A program made the position numbers and the translations under genes. From an uncultured Anaerolineales bacterium (GTDB lineage: Bacteria; Chloroflexota; Anaerolineae; Epilineales; Epilineaceae), in the NCBI GenBank assembly GCA_964549495.1, contig CAZJWJ010000006.1:22274-86273 (forward strand): a DNA stretch of 64,000 bases, in the 5' to 3' direction. Positions 62,601 through 64,000 of the stretch are shown piece by piece. Position 1 is the first letter of the stretch. Every line of letters begins with the position of its first letter. The notes under the pieces were generated by a model. It was not told the DNA's origin. It made no database searches and saw only the letters and a list, made by a program, of their open reading frames with translations.

Positions 62601-63237
62601 ACGCTTCTGCGTGCCCTACGAGGCCCGCGTCGACGTGGTCCTGGTCATCGACCTGTCCACCTCGATGCAGCGCGAGACCCGCGGCGGCCGCAGCAAGCTC
62701 GAGGCGGCCCTGGACGCGGCCGGCCTCTTCGTGGCCCAGATGCGCCTGGAGCCGGACCCGCGGGGCCGCAGCGACCGCGTGGCGGTGGTCGGCTTCAACG
62801 ACCGCGCCTGGCTGGCCACGGGCCTGACCCGCGACCCGGGCATCATCGGGGCGGCCATCGCCGGCCTGCCCGACGGCTCGGCCCAGGGCACGCGGCTCGA
62901 CTTGGGCTTCCTCCAGGGCCAGGCGGCGCTGGATGCCGGCCCGCCGGCCGAGGGCAGCCAGCCCATCCTGATCCTCCTGACCGACGGCCTGCCCAACCGC
63001 GTCCCCACCCCCGAGGGCGGCGGCGGCCAGGAGGACACGGTCCTGGCCGCGGCCCAATCCGTCCGCGCCGCCGGTACCCGCGTCTTCACCATCGGCCTCG
63101 GCCAGCCCGAGGAGGTCCCGCGCGAGCTCCTCTCCCGCGCCGCCTCCGACCCGGCCGACTTCTTCTTCGCCCCGGACGGCGAGGACCTGGCGGCGATCTA
63201 CCAGGCCATCGCGGGGAGGTTGGTCGGGTGTCCGTGA
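59698..63237 (+). CDS. Large secreted protein: tandemly duplicated ~400-aa domain, PT linker, YLPL tag, C-terminal vWA domain
   Basis: Start MDPRPEPARPRRSILLLLMLGVASLAAALGA (AAGGAGG SD). Two homologous units (AACRGINPF...VGSVYGLAYD...GAIYQIDL...GDVEVLC and AACEGSDPF...VGTLYGMAYD...GAIYRLDL...GDVELLC). PT linker. PIYLPLIYQRFC (62575-62610). MIDAS VVLVIDLSTSM...LLTDGLPNRVP...VFTIGLG. Ends LVGCP*. Confidence 0.8.
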   Translation: MDPRPEPARPRRSILLLLMLGVASLAAALGAPAAPMRAADVDQIDAACRGINPFVAVSLIESHAEIEQAGAGGADAAAILAVRDDPADDPAEQMVLARRSQVGSVYGLAYDAGRRQLYASAFLRRSAPFGPAGTGAIYQIDLASEDVSPWLQIEAGEDPHDAKGDDLSAERWVGSRGLGDIEIDAEGDQLFAANLYDGRIHRHALADGRALGSFRNGGTDERWYHRARMFGLAYGEGWLYHGLVDISDGEDDRGPTAHVYRSRPDGSQMTEILSFRLNDHRPVWLPGWQEGAPILTDLELRPGGGLVVALRNRALDALPASAYGNTYILPLGQIVSAEPNEAGQLVVSEDLSAAEPANTGSLARLPGLDVLVSPVRAIGPSIPVGGPQRPNVPAVPSTRLSWLGLPNPHVLREEALSFQEGLTGAVATGDVEVLCATEPGLDPERGATATAEVGRAGTATVQVIETRAAATETAWAPTATAYATRFASTATAAAATATANAARIGTPAARNRGLIEAACEGSDPFYAIPRFAYSRDPFPVPGSAEAESPAILAFNRHGHKLTLAEQGQVGTLYGMAYDWRRGHIYAGSYHSVAGLVGPAGGGAIYRLDLETGLVGAWQLENTGPAIYQQQQPGGYVNSPWAGKVGWGDLEISEDGGSLFAVNLYDRHVYRFGLPDGQRLDRFAHGAQGEAWAITARPMGLGFREGRLYHGVVDTGELSGSPFEAKIYASLPDGSQMREVAKVELDYPLYAGTGRRWQAWSDAPNYNSPSALLSDIEFSDGGDMVLGLRDRSGDALFGLRGQGDVLLGRREGEGWRIQTVPEHYTDQHLYDESSLGALAPVPRLDQLVMSATAPEHPRSVGAAWLSHTTGSWLRGKTLVTNQQLVVAGLPIHRKFPGSLGDVELLCPPDELPPTPTPTATRTATPSPTDTPTATPTPTWTPSPAPTWTPSITPTSTPVPKPIYLPLIYQRFCVPYEARVDVVLVIDLSTSMQRETRGGRSKLEAALDAAGLFVAQMRLEPDPRGRSDRVAVVGFNDRAWLATGLTRDPGIIGAAIAGLPDGSAQGTRLDLGFLQGQAALDAGPPAEGSQPILILLTDGLPNRVPTPEGGGGQEDTVLAAAQSVRAAGTRVFTIGLGQPEEVPRELLSRAASDPADFFFAPDGEDLAAIYQAIAGRLVGCP

Positions 63238-63353
63238 CGCTCGCTTCATCCGAGGGGATGGACCGGCCTGTCACGGTCCGAAGGAAGGCACGTGTCGTGA
63301 GCTCAGGCGTTGGCATCGTACAACCGGAGCGATAGCAGTCATGGAGGAGTCCC

Positions 63354-63788
63354 GTGGGCTATGATCTGCACATCACGCGAAGATCAAGTTGGTCCGACGA
63401 CGAAGGGCCCGAGATAGCTCTCGACGAGTGGAAGGCGTATCTTGCTGAAGACAGCGAGTTCGATCACGAGGGCTTTGCTGAAGCTCAAACGCCCGAGGGC
63501 AGCGTCATTCGCATGGAGAGTGATGGGCTAGCTGTTTGGCGCGCGTACTCCGGTCACGAGCCTGACGGCAACAAGGCGTGGTTTGCATACCGAAGGGGCA
63601 ATCTTGTAGTCAAGAACCCCGATGAGGAGATTCGCCGCAAGATGTACCAGGTCGCGGTCGCTCTAAACGCCCGAGTTCAGGGTGACGAGGGTGAGCTATA
63701 CGATCCAGCTGGAGAGGAGTTGCCCACCGAAACCGTGGCAGGCTCCTCGGGACACGATCGTCGCCCGTGGTGGAGATTCTGGCGCTGA
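63354..63788 (+). CDS. Hypothetical cytoplasmic protein
   Basis: 144-aa ORF with a GTG start after a GGAGGAG SD. G+C is lower and no family was recognised. Confidence 0.5.
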   Translation: MGYDLHITRRSSWSDDEGPEIALDEWKAYLAEDSEFDHEGFAEAQTPEGSVIRMESDGLAVWRAYSGHEPDGNKAWFAYRRGNLVVKNPDEEIRRKMYQVAVALNARVQGDEGELYDPAGEELPTETVAGSSGHDRRPWWRFWR

Positions 63789-63886
63789 TGGCGAGCTCCG
63801 CATTGGAGCGGACCGATGGGACGTGCACTGATGCTTCCTGAGATGATGTCGGCTAGCAGCCGCGCCATGCGGCGTTTGGCCGAAAC

Positions 63887-64000
63887 GTGAACAAGACAGC
63901 TTTCGAGCAAGCCGTAAAGCGAGACTTCAACTACCTTGTCGAACGGTACGGATTTTCGATGCCGACGACCATCGATTACGGACGCGAAGTCTACGTGAAA
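63887..64000 (+). CDS. Hypothetical protein, 3'-partial at window edge
   Basis: Open frame from GTG 63887 to the window end (VNKTAFEQAVKRDFNYLVERYGFSMPTTIDYGREVYVK). Weak call. Confidence 0.3.
   Translation, partial: MNKTAFEQAVKRDFNYLVERYGFSMPTTIDYGREVYVK

Noticed and set aside
1-64000. Search for rRNA, tRNA, CRISPR arrays, IS elements, integrases and prophage genes
   Set aside because: I saw no regularly spaced direct repeats of CRISPR type, no transposase, integrase or phage-like translations, and no intergenic region with an evident tRNA cloverleaf or rRNA-like conservation. A covariance-model scan (tRNAscan-SE, Infernal) would be needed to exclude small RNAs formally.

Overview
64-kb window of a high-G+C bacterial chromosome. 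Hand-counted 60-nt samples of core genes gave 42/60 and 46/60 G+C. I support about 58 protein-coding genes. I recognised no rRNA, tRNA, CRISPR array, transposase or integrase. Most long ORFs in the six-frame track are antisense or out-of-frame shadow ORFs typical of high-GC DNA, and several track ORFs fuse a real gene to an upstream open frame, so I re-derived those starts. Gene blocks in order: (1) housekeeping and accessory genes at 1-14 kb: thioredoxin-TPR, VOC, rhomboid, HAD 5'-nucleotidase, discoidin-domain protein, thiolase, APH-like kinase. (2) A minus-strand DNA-end-processing operon nurA-herA-mre11/sbcD-like-xseA-xseB (14.4-20.3 kb). (3) Many secreted proteins with Pro/Thr linkers, LVIVD beta-propellers and vWA cassettes (3.9-6.0, 23.6-25.6, 28.3-36.8 and 57.3-63.2 kb) that share a recurrent [YFL]LP[LIFW] tag. 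(4) An N-oxide respiration island (37.5-53.0 kb). It holds a Rieske/cytochrome b/HAO-family octahaem operon, divergent from a Sec-type (clade II) nos operon (sco1-nosZ-nosB-nosD-nosF-nosY-nosL-cytochrome c), followed by a three-gene B-family-like haem-copper oxidoreductase and a CtaG assembly factor. In that oxidoreductase the active-site Tyr position is Gln, which suggests a nitric-oxide reductase. (5) A CRTAC1/ASPIC-like lipoprotein fused to a thioredoxin domain. Its frame is interrupted by a single in-frame TGA followed by a SECIS-like hairpin. (6) A small accessory patch with DUF5661 and VapBC. The most interesting candidates are the R/b-octahaem plus NOR-like HCO plus nosZ island (no nirS/nirK in the window), the recurrent linker+YLPL tag, and the possible selenocysteine recoding site. 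All family assignments come from motifs read in the translations. No database search was possible. Start codons are inferred, and hairpin and repeat coordinates may be off by 1-2 nt.
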